This document shows positions 21,192 through 32,571 of a stretch of 64,000 nt of DNA, piece by piece (within the stretch, counting starts at the first letter, position 1; every line of letters starts with the position of its first letter). The notes beneath the pieces are model-generated. The model saw nothing but the letters and a program-made list of their open reading frames with translations, was not told the DNA's origin and did no database searches. Source of the stretch: Naegleria gruberi (taxonomy: Eukaryota); NCBI GenBank assembly GCA_000004985.1, contig GG738889.1; one strand, given 5' to 3'. A program made the position numbers and the translations under genes.

Positions 21192-24100
21192 ATGATAACA
21201 CGTTATGTCATTGGAAAGGTGAAGGAAAGAATCAGTGAGAATAACAAGAAGAATCTAGAGGATACCTTTGCACGTTCCCGAAAGCAATTTCTTGAAGAAA
21301 AGGAACAAGCCAAGTCAAAAAGCAAAAAGAATGACAAGTCAATTGTCAAGAAGAAGGAACAGGCTGATGTTTCAATTATCGGATCAATTGATTCTGCATT
21401 GAAAGGAGCATGTTTTCCTGATCCTGATCCAAAGTTGAATGCTAATGTTTATGTTGATGATGTTGCACGTTTAAATATGACAAATGTCAAACGTGTTTTT
21501 CATGTCAGAAATGAGCAAGATATTCAAAGAGTTTTTGAGTATGCAAGAAGAATGAACTTTAAAGTATCAATGAGAGGTACCCAACACTGCATGGGTGGTC
21601 ATACCATTGCCAAAGATGGTTTAGTTATAGACACACGTAAATTACTAAAAATGGAATTTGATTCTCAAAGTGAAACTGTTAGAGTTGGAGCTGGTGTAAG
21701 ATGGAGTGATTTGATTTTCTATTTGAATCAGTTTGGTATGTCTCCTCACACAATGCAGAGTTATTCAACTTTTAGTGTGAGTGGAACTGTCAGTTGTAAT
21801 GCTCATGGAATTACAACTGATTTATGTTCACATGAAAGTGTATTAGAAATGAGAGTGGTGATGTGGGATGGAAGAATTGAGACGTGCACTCCAGATTCTG
21901 AATTATTCAAGTGTTGCATTGGTGGTTTTGGAATGTTTGGTTTCATTAGTGAACTCGTGTTAAAATGTGTTCCAAATCATCAAATATTTATGGAAATGAT
22001 TCAATGCAAGGCAAATGATTTCTTGGATTTTTATGAGAGAATTCTGCAGGATCCACAAAATGATATTAATATCAAATTGGCTCGTTTGGATATTTCCAAT
22101 TTTAATGATATTAACATTTTTGTGTTTAGAAAGAATTCAGATAGAAAAACTGTTTCAGATTTGCCACTCCATCCAAAGACAATGTCCATCCAAAGTCAAA
22201 TCATTTACAAGTGGTTAGCTCCAAGTGCAGGTTCTATTCGTTATTCAGTTGAACGTTTAACAGGAAGACCAGCTGATTGGTCTGTCGTTAATGATAGAAA
22301 TTTACTCATGTACGAAACTTCGACTCCTCTGGCTAAACTTTATTCTCCTCTATTCGATGTGAATGATACATTCATTTTACAGGAATACTTTGTACCACAT
22401 TCTAAATTCCAGGAATGGATCATGAGTGCTTCAAAAATCATTCAATCTCATCCATCTCATCTCAAACAATTCACACTTCTCAATATCACCATTCGTTATG
22501 TAAAGAAAGATAATTGTACATTCCTTCCGTATGGTAGACATGATGAGGGATCATTTGCATTCGTATTGTACTATAGAATGAAGTGTACTGATGAGGCAGA
22601 TAGAGAATTGGCAACACTTCATAATGATCTAGTTGAGGCCACTTTGAAATTGAATGGCATCTTTTATTTACCTTACAGACATCATTACAGTGATGAACAG
22701 TTGAAGAAAGCTTATCCAATGATTGATGATTTCTTTAAACTCAAAGCTAAATATGATCCTCGTGGAATGTTTGATTCATTGTGGTTTAATAGATATGGTA
22801 AACAGTATTTTGAAAAGTATGCGAATGAAAATTCTGATCACTCCATTGGTCAATCAACTGCAGATTTAGTTGGTAATAATAAGGAAGCAATAACAGAGCT
22901 AATTAAATCAGTTGAAACCAGACGAAATGATTCTTACCGTAAGGTATTCAATAATCCACAATTGAGGAAGCAATTTTATGAGGCATTCCTTGAACAAATT
23001 TTCAATGTCGAAAGCAAAGCAACCTTGGAAAATGTAATCTCATCAGCCATGTGGAATATCAAGTGCCAAGACGATAGTGATATCTACTCTTTCATTTTAC
23101 AAAAATTGTCAAAACAAGGATTAGTTTCAAATGTTTTGAAATTATGGAGAGGATCCAATCAAAACAGAAGTCAAAAGAAGGAACTATTGAGAGAAACTTC
23201 ATCCATTCTATCTAAAATTGGAAAGATGGGATCGATTAGAGATTATGTCTCAATTGGTGATAGTGGTAAAATGGTTTTGGCTTTTAAGGAATGTCTTGGA
23301 ATTGATGGAAATATCCACATTGTCAATGATAATGAACCATCTGATGAAAATATGGGTGTTTATATGGAGAGAGGTTCTTTGAAACCTGTTGGAAAGTTTG
23401 TGAAATTGAACTATTCTTGCCTTGATTTAGAAAGTTCATCGGCTGACATGGTTACAATGAATCAAGGTCTCCATCACATTCCACCTCAACATTTGCAATC
23501 TTTCCTTAAGGAAGTTTTCAGAATTTTGAGACCTGGAGGTATCTTTATTGTGAGAGAACACGATGCCACTCCAGAGCTCAAACCACTTCTTGACATAGCC
23601 CACAGTGTCTTTAATGCAGTGATGAATGTTGACATTCTCGATGAGAGAAATGAAGTCAGAGCATTCAGATCCATCTTGGAATGGCGTACAATTGTAGAAT
23701 CTGTTGGATTTTTAGATACAATGATTTATGAGATGGAACACGGAGATCCAACTCTAGATGAGATGATGGCTTTTTGTAAGTGTTCTGATCTCTCTCAAAT
23801 TTCAGAGGAATCTACTTCAGCCAAATCAACAAATCAATCTTCACTGCCACCAAAACAACTCAAGACAGCTCCTGAAGGAAGTACTTCAATGGGAATCGCT
23901 CTCACCATTGATGCACTACTTGCCAAAGTTCCAAACTTTGTGATTGAATTTTTCAGAAAGTTTGTCTCTTGGATTTTAGGATGGTTCAAAAAGATTCCAG
24001 GATTGATTGAAGATTTGAATCTATCCTCGATGGTAAAACCATTCATTGATCAGATATTGAATGAATATTGTAAACCAATTGAGGAATTCTTGGAAAAATT

Positions 24101-25655
24101 GGTTCCTCTCCTATTGGATGTGAAAATTAAGGAAGATGGTTTGGAAATTATTCCACCAGAATTATTCCTCCTCATTGAAGGTTTGTATAGGAAGAAGAAT
24201 AGAAGTGCTGTCGAATCATTAATTGTTGTGATTATTGACTCAATCACTGGATTGGTTCAAGAAAGAAACGAATCATCCAACAAGAATGAAACTATAACAA
24301 TTCCTTCAAAGGATGATGTTGATGTGAAGGAAGTTACTGAATTAATGAAAAAGCTATTCGAAAGAATGCCAGATTTGCTGAGTGAGGATAAATTGAAAAG
24401 GGGTGGATTAGGAAATATCACACCATTTGTTAAGGCCATCGCCATGATGACTCCAGAAGAAATGGCTCCTAAATTAGTTTCCTTCCTCGATATAATTTCA
24501 TGGAGTTTAATGAAAGAGCCACTCCTTGAGATTATTGAAAGTAAGAAGGAGATTCCACTCTCGATGGATAACATTTGCAAAGTTGGAAATCCTTGGAACA
24601 GATGCGCTTCTGCCTTCCTCAGTTCTCCAAATGTAAAGTTAAACAAGTATAGTGAAATTGGATGGTGGGCTCTTGGATTAACTCCAATTCTCAATTTGTG
24701 GAAAGAAGCTCAACAAGAAAGATGTAAACAAAATGAAAAGAATAGACCAACAAGAGGAATAGTCGATCAGCTGAGCACTTCTGCTGAAACTATGCTCGAA
24801 TCAGCTGTAGGCCTCTCATTCATGACTGGAGATCAATCCCAGCTCTCTAATTACCTTAAGGAGACAAACATTCTTAAAGTGAGTGAAGCTAATACCAATG
24901 TGGAATTTAATTGGTACAAATTGGTGGAATGGTTACAAGTGGATTATGTTCAAACATTTGGAAAATTCATGGAAAATACACCATGGTACAGATTTCCATT
25001 TATTGAATTCTTAAGAGTTTATTTCCAAACTCTATATGAAGAATTCAAAATTATCAACTCTGAATATGGATTTGATAAATCACTCATGAGCTCTGCATTT
25101 TTCACTGATTTGATTCCAGGAGTTGCCATGACTGTTTTGATGGGACAAATGCAAGCTCTTGCCATTCCTCTCAAAATGGGCTTGGGTGAAACAGCTTCCA
25201 AAGAGGTTGTTTCTGGACAAGTTGAAACTATTCTAATCACTCTCGTTGATGATAATCCAATGACATTTGTTTCAATTGACGACAGAATTATTTTTGAAAC
25301 CATTGTTCCAGGTCTATTCCAAATCACTGTACCAACCTACAAACCATTCTCAGATATTATCATGAAATTGGCAAGACAACTTCCAGAATCCAGTAGAATT
25401 TTGGCCATTTCTCATCATGAACAGATTCAACTTAGAGTCAAAACTCCAAGCAAAGAGGAAGTTCATAAAATGGCTTCCCTTGAAGGTTGCAATGTTAAAT
25501 TCACCTTTGAATTGCCAACGGATGGCACTGAACAATATTCACCTTCAATTTATTCATCTGTCGAAGTGAAAACTATTCATTTATTACAATTTATTAGAAC
25601 ATGTAATGAGCTTTCATTTGAAATTATTCAAATTTTTGATTTCTGTTCTGTTTAA
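21192..25655 (+). CDS. large multidomain protein: FAD-linked oxidase (VAO/PCMH superfamily; ALO/GULO- or DHCR24-like) + class I SAM methyltransferase + ~650-aa C-terminal region
   Basis: aa ~90-280: FAD_binding_4-like (RGTQHCMGGHTIAKDGLVID..., SVSGTVSCNAHGI). aa ~430-530: lactone-oxidase/DHCR24-type C-terminus YRHHYSDEQLKKAYPMIDDFFKLKAKYDPRGMFDSLWFNRY. aa ~690-800: MTase fold (DYVSIGDSGKMVL, LHHIPPQHLQSFLKEVFRILRPGGIFIVREHD). Single uninterrupted 1487-codon ORF. Confidence 0.7.
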   Translation: MITRYVIGKVKERISENNKKNLEDTFARSRKQFLEEKEQAKSKSKKNDKSIVKKKEQADVSIIGSIDSALKGACFPDPDPKLNANVYVDDVARLNMTNVKRVFHVRNEQDIQRVFEYARRMNFKVSMRGTQHCMGGHTIAKDGLVIDTRKLLKMEFDSQSETVRVGAGVRWSDLIFYLNQFGMSPHTMQSYSTFSVSGTVSCNAHGITTDLCSHESVLEMRVVMWDGRIETCTPDSELFKCCIGGFGMFGFISELVLKCVPNHQIFMEMIQCKANDFLDFYERILQDPQNDINIKLARLDISNFNDINIFVFRKNSDRKTVSDLPLHPKTMSIQSQIIYKWLAPSAGSIRYSVERLTGRPADWSVVNDRNLLMYETSTPLAKLYSPLFDVNDTFILQEYFVPHSKFQEWIMSASKIIQSHPSHLKQFTLLNITIRYVKKDNCTFLPYGRHDEGSFAFVLYYRMKCTDEADRELATLHNDLVEATLKLNGIFYLPYRHHYSDEQLKKAYPMIDDFFKLKAKYDPRGMFDSLWFNRYGKQYFEKYANENSDHSIGQSTADLVGNNKEAITELIKSVETRRNDSYRKVFNNPQLRKQFYEAFLEQIFNVESKATLENVISSAMWNIKCQDDSDIYSFILQKLSKQGLVSNVLKLWRGSNQNRSQKKELLRETSSILSKIGKMGSIRDYVSIGDSGKMVLAFKECLGIDGNIHIVNDNEPSDENMGVYMERGSLKPVGKFVKLNYSCLDLESSSADMVTMNQGLHHIPPQHLQSFLKEVFRILRPGGIFIVREHDATPELKPLLDIAHSVFNAVMNVDILDERNEVRAFRSILEWRTIVESVGFLDTMIYEMEHGDPTLDEMMAFCKCSDLSQISEESTSAKSTNQSSLPPKQLKTAPEGSTSMGIALTIDALLAKVPNFVIEFFRKFVSWILGWFKKIPGLIEDLNLSSMVKPFIDQILNEYCKPIEEFLEKLVPLLLDVKIKEDGLEIIPPELFLLIEGLYRKKNRSAVESLIVVIIDSITGLVQERNESSNKNETITIPSKDDVDVKEVTELMKKLFERMPDLLSEDKLKRGGLGNITPFVKAIAMMTPEEMAPKLVSFLDIISWSLMKEPLLEIIESKKEIPLSMDNICKVGNPWNRCASAFLSSPNVKLNKYSEIGWWALGLTPILNLWKEAQQERCKQNEKNRPTRGIVDQLSTSAETMLESAVGLSFMTGDQSQLSNYLKETNILKVSEANTNVEFNWYKLVEWLQVDYVQTFGKFMENTPWYRFPFIEFLRVYFQTLYEEFKIINSEYGFDKSLMSSAFFTDLIPGVAMTVLMGQMQALAIPLKMGLGETASKEVVSGQVETILITLVDDNPMTFVSIDDRIIFETIVPGLFQITVPTYKPFSDIIMKLARQLPESSRILAISHHEQIQLRVKTPSKEEVHKMASLEGCNVKFTFELPTDGTEQYSPSIYSSVEVKTIHLLQFIRTCNELSFEIIQIFDFCSV

Positions 25656-25664
25656 AATAATGCT

Positions 25665-26896
25665 CTATATATCAATTGAATCACTAATACCCTCCGATCT
25701 AACTAAAGAGGTTGGTTTGAAATTACTTTTCAAATATGCTTGATATTGTTCACAGAATTTACGATCATTTTCTCTATCAAAATCATAATCCAATTCATTT
25801 CTCATTAATTTCAAAAAATCTAAAGGAATATAGGTAATTTTGAATTCTGCAATCTTTAAGATGGACGCGTCTGACTTCATTGAGTAGATGTGAATAAATA
25901 CCTGAGTTGGATTTGAAAGCACAGCATCCTTCTTTTTTGTAACAAATTGAATGAATACTACTTTTTTGATTACCTTTGAAGTTTTCATTGCATTCCAAAC
26001 TCTTTCTTCGTTGATATTACCAGAAGCTGGCTTACAGTGAGGATTAAAGAAAGTAAGGTGCTCACTTTTTTGCATGAAAGTGGCAAGGTTTTCATGTCCA
26101 ATAAGTGGGTAAGCAAAAACCGTATGCTTAGATTGATTCCAATTGGCATGATTTGTGTGTAGGAATGTAACAAAACACAATTTTTCAAAGGCAGATTTGA
26201 AAGTGAAATTAATAGCATTGCTGGAATCTTTGCTTTGTATCCATGTAAGCTTTTTAACATTTTCCAAAATTGCTGATTGAAATGAATGAGAATGCATAAG
26301 ATCTTGTCTTACTATAATATTCTCAAATTTAACTCCAACATTGGTCATTTCTTCTATTATTTTCATATTTGCCATGTTTGGTAACAACTCTACACCAATA
26401 GCTTTAAAAGGTGGAGTTTTACCACCATTCAATTTAAACTTTCCTTGTGATAAATCCAATATAAAATTACAATTTAACATTGCCTCTCTCATTGAAGTTG
26501 TCATTCTACAAAGAGCATTCACAAATATTGGATCCAACAATCTATTAGAAAATGCAAAATCAAATATAATTCTCATACAATCATTGCTTATTGAAAGAAA
26601 AACCAAACTATCCAAACATTCCTTTAGGTTTTTGAAAATACATATTAAGATAAGCATAGTCTTTCAAAAAATCATACCTTTGTCTTTTCGTATCTTCTCA
26701 CATTGGAAAATGAAATTCTTGTTCTGGAATCTTCTTTCAATTTATGGAGTAGAGATTGTCTTTTACTTTCCAACTCTAATATTTGTTCATCGATTTGATA
26801 AAATTGCGTTTTAATGTCCTCGATATTATCTTCATCATTATTTGTTTTTAATTCCTTGTTCGGAATGTTTGCTTCTTCTTGTAGTTTTCTTTTCAT
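25665..26896 (-). CDS. hypothetical protein, 2 exons (coiled-coil N-terminus)
   Basis: Exon 1 (26678-26896): ATG, acidic coiled coil. A 56-nt intron at 26622-26677 (GTATGATT...CCTAAAG) joins it in phase to exon 2 (25665-26621). No confidently recognisable domain. Confidence 0.45.
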
Positions 26897-27067
26897 TTTT
26901 TATTATTAATTAAAATAATGACATGATGTTGTGAATTTCTAGAAAATAGTGGCCGTTTGTTTATACGGATAAATGATATTAATGATATCATAGTCATCAT
27001 GTGGATAATTAATTAAGAATAATTAAATATTTAATTTTTTTTATAATAATTTTGAATTTGAAAAAAA

Positions 27068-28360
27068 ATGAAGTTTGCTGTTCTTCCTTCCCCATCATCA
27101 TCCAACAATAGTGAAAGAATCGGAGAGATTACTTTTGAAGAGTATCCTGATAAAAAGTTCTCTACACCAACTTATATTGTGCAAACAAGAAAGGGATCCG
27201 TGCCTTGCATTACTTGCGACCATTTTGATGAATTAATCGGAAATTTGTTTGCTGGTTCGAATGAAAGTGTTATTTTGAATATGAATTATTGGGATTTGAT
27301 GGAAAATCCAAGTTTAGAAATTTTGACCAAATACTTGGAAAAGAACCCAACCAAGACATTGAAAAATTATCTTCATCTTGAAAAATATCCATTCTTCCAA
27401 AGTATTAGAAATGTTGAATTCCCTTACCCAACAAGTAATGCAAATGAAAAGGGAATTTATGCCGATTTGGAAAAGGGTAGATCTAAATTCACTGATGCAG
27501 AATTTTGCAATCACACATTCAACATGTTTAAACCAGATATATTTATTGGAATTCACGATACAAACATCAAATGTAAAGTTAATGACTCTTTTGGAACATC
27601 AAAACAATTAAAAAGAGCCAAGACAAGCACTGAAAAGTGGGGAGAAACCTGCATAAAGAAGAGACAAGAACTTGTTGATAAGCAACAAACAGGCATTCCA
27701 GAAATGATTTATTCAGTTTTCTATGAAAGTGAAGAAATGACCTCACTCATACCAGAAGTTTTCCAAAATAACACTGACAATATCAAGGGTATTAATTTCG
27801 ACATTGGACACATGGACGATTTGGAGAAAATTGTTAAAATTAAGGAATCATTGAAGAATCAAAAATGTGATTTGGAAAAATTAGTATTCTTCATCTCTGG
27901 AAAGGATCATCCTTTGGAAGTTTTGGAATGTGTCAGTAGAGGTGTTGATATTTTTGATGGTATTTATCCATTCACTATTGCAGAAATGGGAATGGCTAGC
28001 ATGTATCCATTAGAATTACCAAATGATAATCCAGAAAAGGTGAAAATGACTATCAATTTGAGAGATCGTAATTTTGAAAAAGATTTCACACCTTTAGAAT
28101 CAACTTGTACATGTTTTACCTGTAGAAATCATACTAGAGGCTATATTCACCATCTCCTTAACACCCACGAAATGCTTGGTGATATTCTCCTTACCATGTA
28201 AGTAATTTTTACAATTTCTCAAATTGAAATATTAACACAACATCAAAACAGCCACAACCTTCACAGATATCTTTTATTCTTCAAGAAGATGAGAGAATCC
28301 ATTCAACAAGGTACATTCGAACAATTCAAGACAAGATTTATTCAATCAGTCTCGATCTAA
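27068..28360 (+). CDS. QTRT2: queuine tRNA-ribosyltransferase accessory subunit 2 (QTRT2/QTRTD1)-like, 2 exons
   Basis: TGT-family fold with the C-terminal zinc motif CTCFTCRNHTRGYIHHLLNTHEM. A 54-nt intron at 28198-28251 (GTAAGTAAT...AAAACAG) restores the conserved tail LLTIHNLHRYLLFFKKMRESIQQGTFEQF. Confidence 0.75.
28198..28251 (+). other. 54-nt spliceosomal intron
   Basis: GTAAGTAATTTTTAC...CATCAAAACAG. Splicing recreates the conserved QTRT C-terminus. Confidence 0.7.
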
Positions 28361-28704
28361 GCAATCATTCATACCGAATAAATGATAAAAGATTCTTCAA
28401 GATCACAGTACGTTACTCGTGATCAAATATTGGAAGGAATCATAGCTCTTTAAATCCAATGGATAACATCATATCCATCATAACCCGACTCATTCTTTTA
28501 GCTTCTAATTCTTTTTACATTCCTTCTCTCATACGTTTTCACTTCGTATTCAATTCTACAATGGCATCCATCACAAGACTGGAGAGATGACAACTTGTAA
28601 CGTTTATTTTTGTACCTACCAAAGCAAGCCAGATAGTGGCATACAAAACACTTCAAAAAATAACGGTGTGTTGGCGTTTAAAAATAAACCCGCTCTTTGC
28701 AAAA

Positions 28705-30087
28705 ATGCCTCAAACTCCCTCTCTTTTTTCTCTCTCTGCTTCTGAAGCAATTTTTAGAAGGTTTGTAGTACCAACCGACAAATTTTTCTTATCATCATCA
28801 TCATACAATTTAATTTATTAATTAATTAATCATTGAAACCAACACTTGAACAATTTATAATAATTATTATTATGATAGTGTTGAGTGGGATAAATACAAG
28901 GAGATCGTTGAGATTGGCTCAGGTGCATACGGGCGAGTTTTCTCTGCTGTAAACCGTCAAACAAATGAATTGGTAGCTATTAAAACCATCAAACTTGCCA
29001 ATGACGAAGAAGGTATTCCAATCTCTGTCATCAGAGAAATTACTCACCTTCGTTCTTTGAAACATGATAACATTGTTGGTCTTAGAGAGGTCTTTATCAA
29101 TGATGATGGTTGTACCCTTTGTATGGTGATGGAATATGTACCACATGATCTTTCTGGCATTGTTAACGGTTTGAATAACGTATTAGATGAGGCTTTCGTT
29201 AAGTCTGTTATGCAACAATTGCTTTCAGCTCTTGCTTGTATTCATGACAGTGGATCACTCCACTGCGATTTAAAAAGTATGATTCAACTTTATACTTTTA
29301 ATTCTAACAACGTTATATTACTTATGAATTCATAACAACCAACCGAATAATAGCATCTAACGTTTTCATACACGCCAATGGACAAGTAAAGCTTGGAGAT
29401 TTTAATCTGAGCAGAAAAGTACATCCTGAAGAATTTGGAGTTGTCCAACACTTTTCCAGAAACATCATTACTTTATGGTACAGACCACCAGAACTCTTGG
29501 TCGATCAATTTGGATCAAGTCGATATGGTCCAGAAGTTGACATGTGGAGCATGGGATGTATCTTTGCAGAATTGCTTTTAAGATCACCATTGTTCCCAGG
29601 CAACACTGAAGTCGAACAATTGTTCAAAATCATACAATTATTGGGTACAGCCAATCAACGTAATTGGCCTGATGCTTCTAAACATCAAACATATAGAGAT
29701 CACTTCTCCAACAAGGTAATCCCAAACACCTTGCGCTTAAAGTTTAAGGATTTTGCTGACTACAGTCCACAAATTGTAGACCTCCTCGAAAAACTTTTGA
29801 AATTGGACCCAAGAGAACGTATCTCTGCTAGAGAAGCACTTAAACATCCATGGTTTAATCAAGCACCATTACCAAAAGACACTAGTGTTATCCTTCCATC
29901 TTATTTAACTCCTTTCAATGAAAATTGGGTAAAACAACAAATCAAATTAAGACAAGAAGAAGCCGAAAAACAAAATCCAAAAAAAAGAAAAGAATACCCA
30001 AAGGCTTCTACATCCAGTTCATGTTATAATCATCACGAACTTGAAAACTCTTACTCTTCATGCAAGAAGAAAATTAAACAATACTAA
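28705..30087 (+). CDS. CDK-family protein kinase, 3 exons (first exon tentative)
   Basis: Exon 2 (28879-29276) and exon 3 (29354-30087) encode IGSGAYGRVF, PISVIREI (a PSTAIRE-like motif), HCDLK, DFNLS, LWYRPPELL, DMWSMGCIFAEL. The 77-nt intron at 29277-29353 (GTATGATT...AATAATAG) lies inside the catalytic loop. There is no in-frame ATG upstream of exon 2; the proposed exon 1 (28705-28760, MPQTPSLFSL...) uses a GTTTGT donor and a 118-nt intron. Confidence 0.65.
29277..29353 (+). other. 77-nt spliceosomal intron
   Basis: GTATGATT...AATAATAG. It lies between HCDLK and SNVFIHANGQVKLGDF, which otherwise sit in different frames. Confidence 0.75.
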
Positions 30088-30126
30088 GAATATGCTATGG
30101 TTTTTTTTGTATTACAATTACATTGT

Positions 30127-31075
30127 TTATTCTTTTTGAATTTCTTCTAATGGTTGTTCAGATTGTTCTTCATTGGTTGTTGATTGATTCGAAAGTGGAG
30201 GAACAGGTGGCTGACCTGAGGAGGAAGCAATCTTTCTCTTTTTCATTGGGAAAATTTCATCTAAATTGGATTGTTCTGAGATAGAGCTTGTATTCAAATC
30301 AATGTCATCTCCCTGTGTATCCCAATCCTTTTGAGTTTGTTTTCTTTTGAGCTTAGCTTGATAGAGTGTTTCTCTCTTTTCATCATTTAGGTTTTCTGGT
30401 TTGACTGCTGTCAATTCCTCAGTAAGGTTTTTGTAATTTGAGGCAAATTTTTCTCTTTTTCCTCTATTTGTTAAAGACCTTATTGACTTTTCTGTATTAT
30501 CAAATGCATCACTTTGCAGTTCTTGTACAGTATTCTCTATTTGTTTCTCAATTTCTGTGGCAATTTCTGGATTTACATTGTGTTTGTATTCGGAATTAGT
30601 TCTGAAATGTGGATATAAATTACGATGAATCCAACACTTCATTTTACGTTTGATATCATCATGACCATCAATTTTTGATAATAATTCTGTTGTTGGTGGT
30701 ATTTCCTTTGAATTTGATAATATTCCTTCTATCAAAGTGGTAACATCTTTTTGTATGGCTTCACAAAGATCCTATCATCATCAAATACTATCAAAAATTC
30801 CGATAATATCAATCAATACCTACAGATGTTTCAAATTGTTCAAATAAACGATCACACCACTGATCAAAAAGTCCCTTTCGTAATATAGAATTTTCAACTT
30901 CTTGCAAAGTAACAGGTTTTGTACTAAATGGTGCTTTCAAGTCATCAATTTCCTCCGATGTAGTGGTATATTGCTTTTGCTTTTCCGTTTCTCTGTTATA
31001 TCTTTGATAATGTTTTTCCAAAGGATTTGATGAAGATCCTTGATGACTCGGAGCCTTGTTATTGTTGTTCAGCAT
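30127..31075 (-). CDS. hypothetical protein (~299 aa), 2 exons
   Basis: Exon 1 (30824-31075) and exon 2 (30127-30771) are joined by a 52-nt intron (GTAGGTATTG...GATGATAG) that is phase-compatible. Hydrophilic and coiled-coil rich; no domain recognised. Confidence 0.5.
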
Positions 31076-31159
31076 TATTTTTAAAAATTAAAATTAAAAA
31101 AAATTGAATTATTTATTAACGAGCTAAACACATTATCTTGTAACATTTTGAACAACAAT

Positions 31160-31603
31160 ATGAGTGATAAAATAACAAGTCTTCAAGATCAACTTTCTCT
31201 CATTTCTAGGGTTATGGTTGACTCTCTGGGTGTTTTACAGAGAGATGCTCCTCCATCCATAACAGATTATCAACTTAGAAATGGATTACCAATGGTTTCC
31301 GATACAACAAAAGCTGTTTGGACACCAGAGCAATTGAGAGAACAATCTGAAGAAGCAGGAAAGAATTTAGTAGCAGCTTGTTTAGAATTTGAGAAAATGT
31401 TAGATGAACTACCAACTTTAATACGATCGGAAGAGGATCAAACAAATAGATTGAAGGATTTCCAATCACAAAATGAAAATCAAACACATTTATTGAAACA
31501 AAAAATTGATTTAGCAGAGGATTATTTGCAAATAGTATCAAATTCAATTGAGGATATTACAAATAATAGATTACAAGTAAGACATCAGAGTAAAAAGAAA
31601 TAA
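31160..31603 (+). CDS. MED21: Mediator complex subunit 21
   Basis: DKITSLQDQLSLISRVMVDSLGVLQRDAPPS matches the MED21 N-terminal helix (DRLTQLQD...IGVLQQ..PP). ~148 aa, with a coiled-coil C-terminus. ATG at 31160; the ORF-track start is TTG. Confidence 0.75.
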   Translation: MSDKITSLQDQLSLISRVMVDSLGVLQRDAPPSITDYQLRNGLPMVSDTTKAVWTPEQLREQSEEAGKNLVAACLEFEKMLDELPTLIRSEEDQTNRLKDFQSQNENQTHLLKQKIDLAEDYLQIVSNSIEDITNNRLQVRHQSKKK

Positions 31604-31849
31604 TTTATAAGACCAATGATAATTCCAAATAGTAGTAGTAATATTACAATAATAATTTACGGATTCAAAGATTAATACTATTTCACTGTAACACAATACG
31701 GAAATGAAATTGGAAATTTTACAAAATGGCTTCTTTTGAGGTAATTGATAATACAAATGTATTTTTCACATCTTCCCGCCAAAACCCTACCGCCTTTTCC
31801 GTATTAAAAATCTCCAAAATACAATTAATAAAAACACAATACAAAAAAA

Positions 31850-32398
31850 ATGAACAAACAAGTACTCGATAATGCCCTCTTAGCTTCTGCCCAAATCATT
31901 GAAAAGAGTTTGGATGAAAAGCTGAAGGAAATGGATGAAATGACCGATGATGATTATATGATGCTTAAACAAAAACGTATGAATGCCTTGAAACAAAAGA
32001 ATAACATGAAGGCTGAGTTTCTGCAGAAGGGTCACGGAAGGGTTATGGATGTCACTGACGCCAAGGACTTCTTCAATCATGTTAAGGATAACAAATTCTG
32101 TGTAGTTTTATTCACTCGTCCAAGCAATGAATACTGTGATATTGTGTTGAGCCATTTGCAAAAGATTGCCCAAAAGCACTTGGAAACCTTATTCATTAAA
32201 GTAGATGGTGAAAAGTGTCCAATCGTTGTGGAACATTTACAAATCTGGATGATGCCAACTGTTGTTTGTATTAAGAATGGAAGAACTGATAACTCGATAG
32301 TGGGCTTGGATGAATTAGGAGGATCCAATTTCACAACACCAACTCTTAGAAAGATGTTATTAGGTTTTGGTGTTATCGAAAGAGAAGAAGACGAATAA
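31850..32398 (+). CDS. TXNDC9: thioredoxin domain-containing protein 9 / phosducin-like protein 3
   Basis: N-terminal coiled coil, then a thioredoxin-fold segment GHGRVMDVTDAKDFFNHVKDNKFCVVLFTRPSNEYCDIVLSHLQKIAQKHLETLFIKV that is collinear with PhLP3. Confidence 0.75.
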   Translation: MNKQVLDNALLASAQIIEKSLDEKLKEMDEMTDDDYMMLKQKRMNALKQKNNMKAEFLQKGHGRVMDVTDAKDFFNHVKDNKFCVVLFTRPSNEYCDIVLSHLQKIAQKHLETLFIKVDGEKCPIVVEHLQIWMMPTVVCIKNGRTDNSIVGLDELGGSNFTTPTLRKMLLGFGVIEREEDE

Positions 32399-32571
32399 TT
32401 CAAAAACGTATTAAATTAATTTATTGTAAATATTTCCTTCTTTTGAGATTAATTCAGAATACAGTGTTATGACACTGATGAATTACCAAATCTCGAGATA
32501 AACATCCACAATCAGAATTCTTTACAACCTTAACATACCAAGAAATTCACACATAATGTAAATTACCTGAT

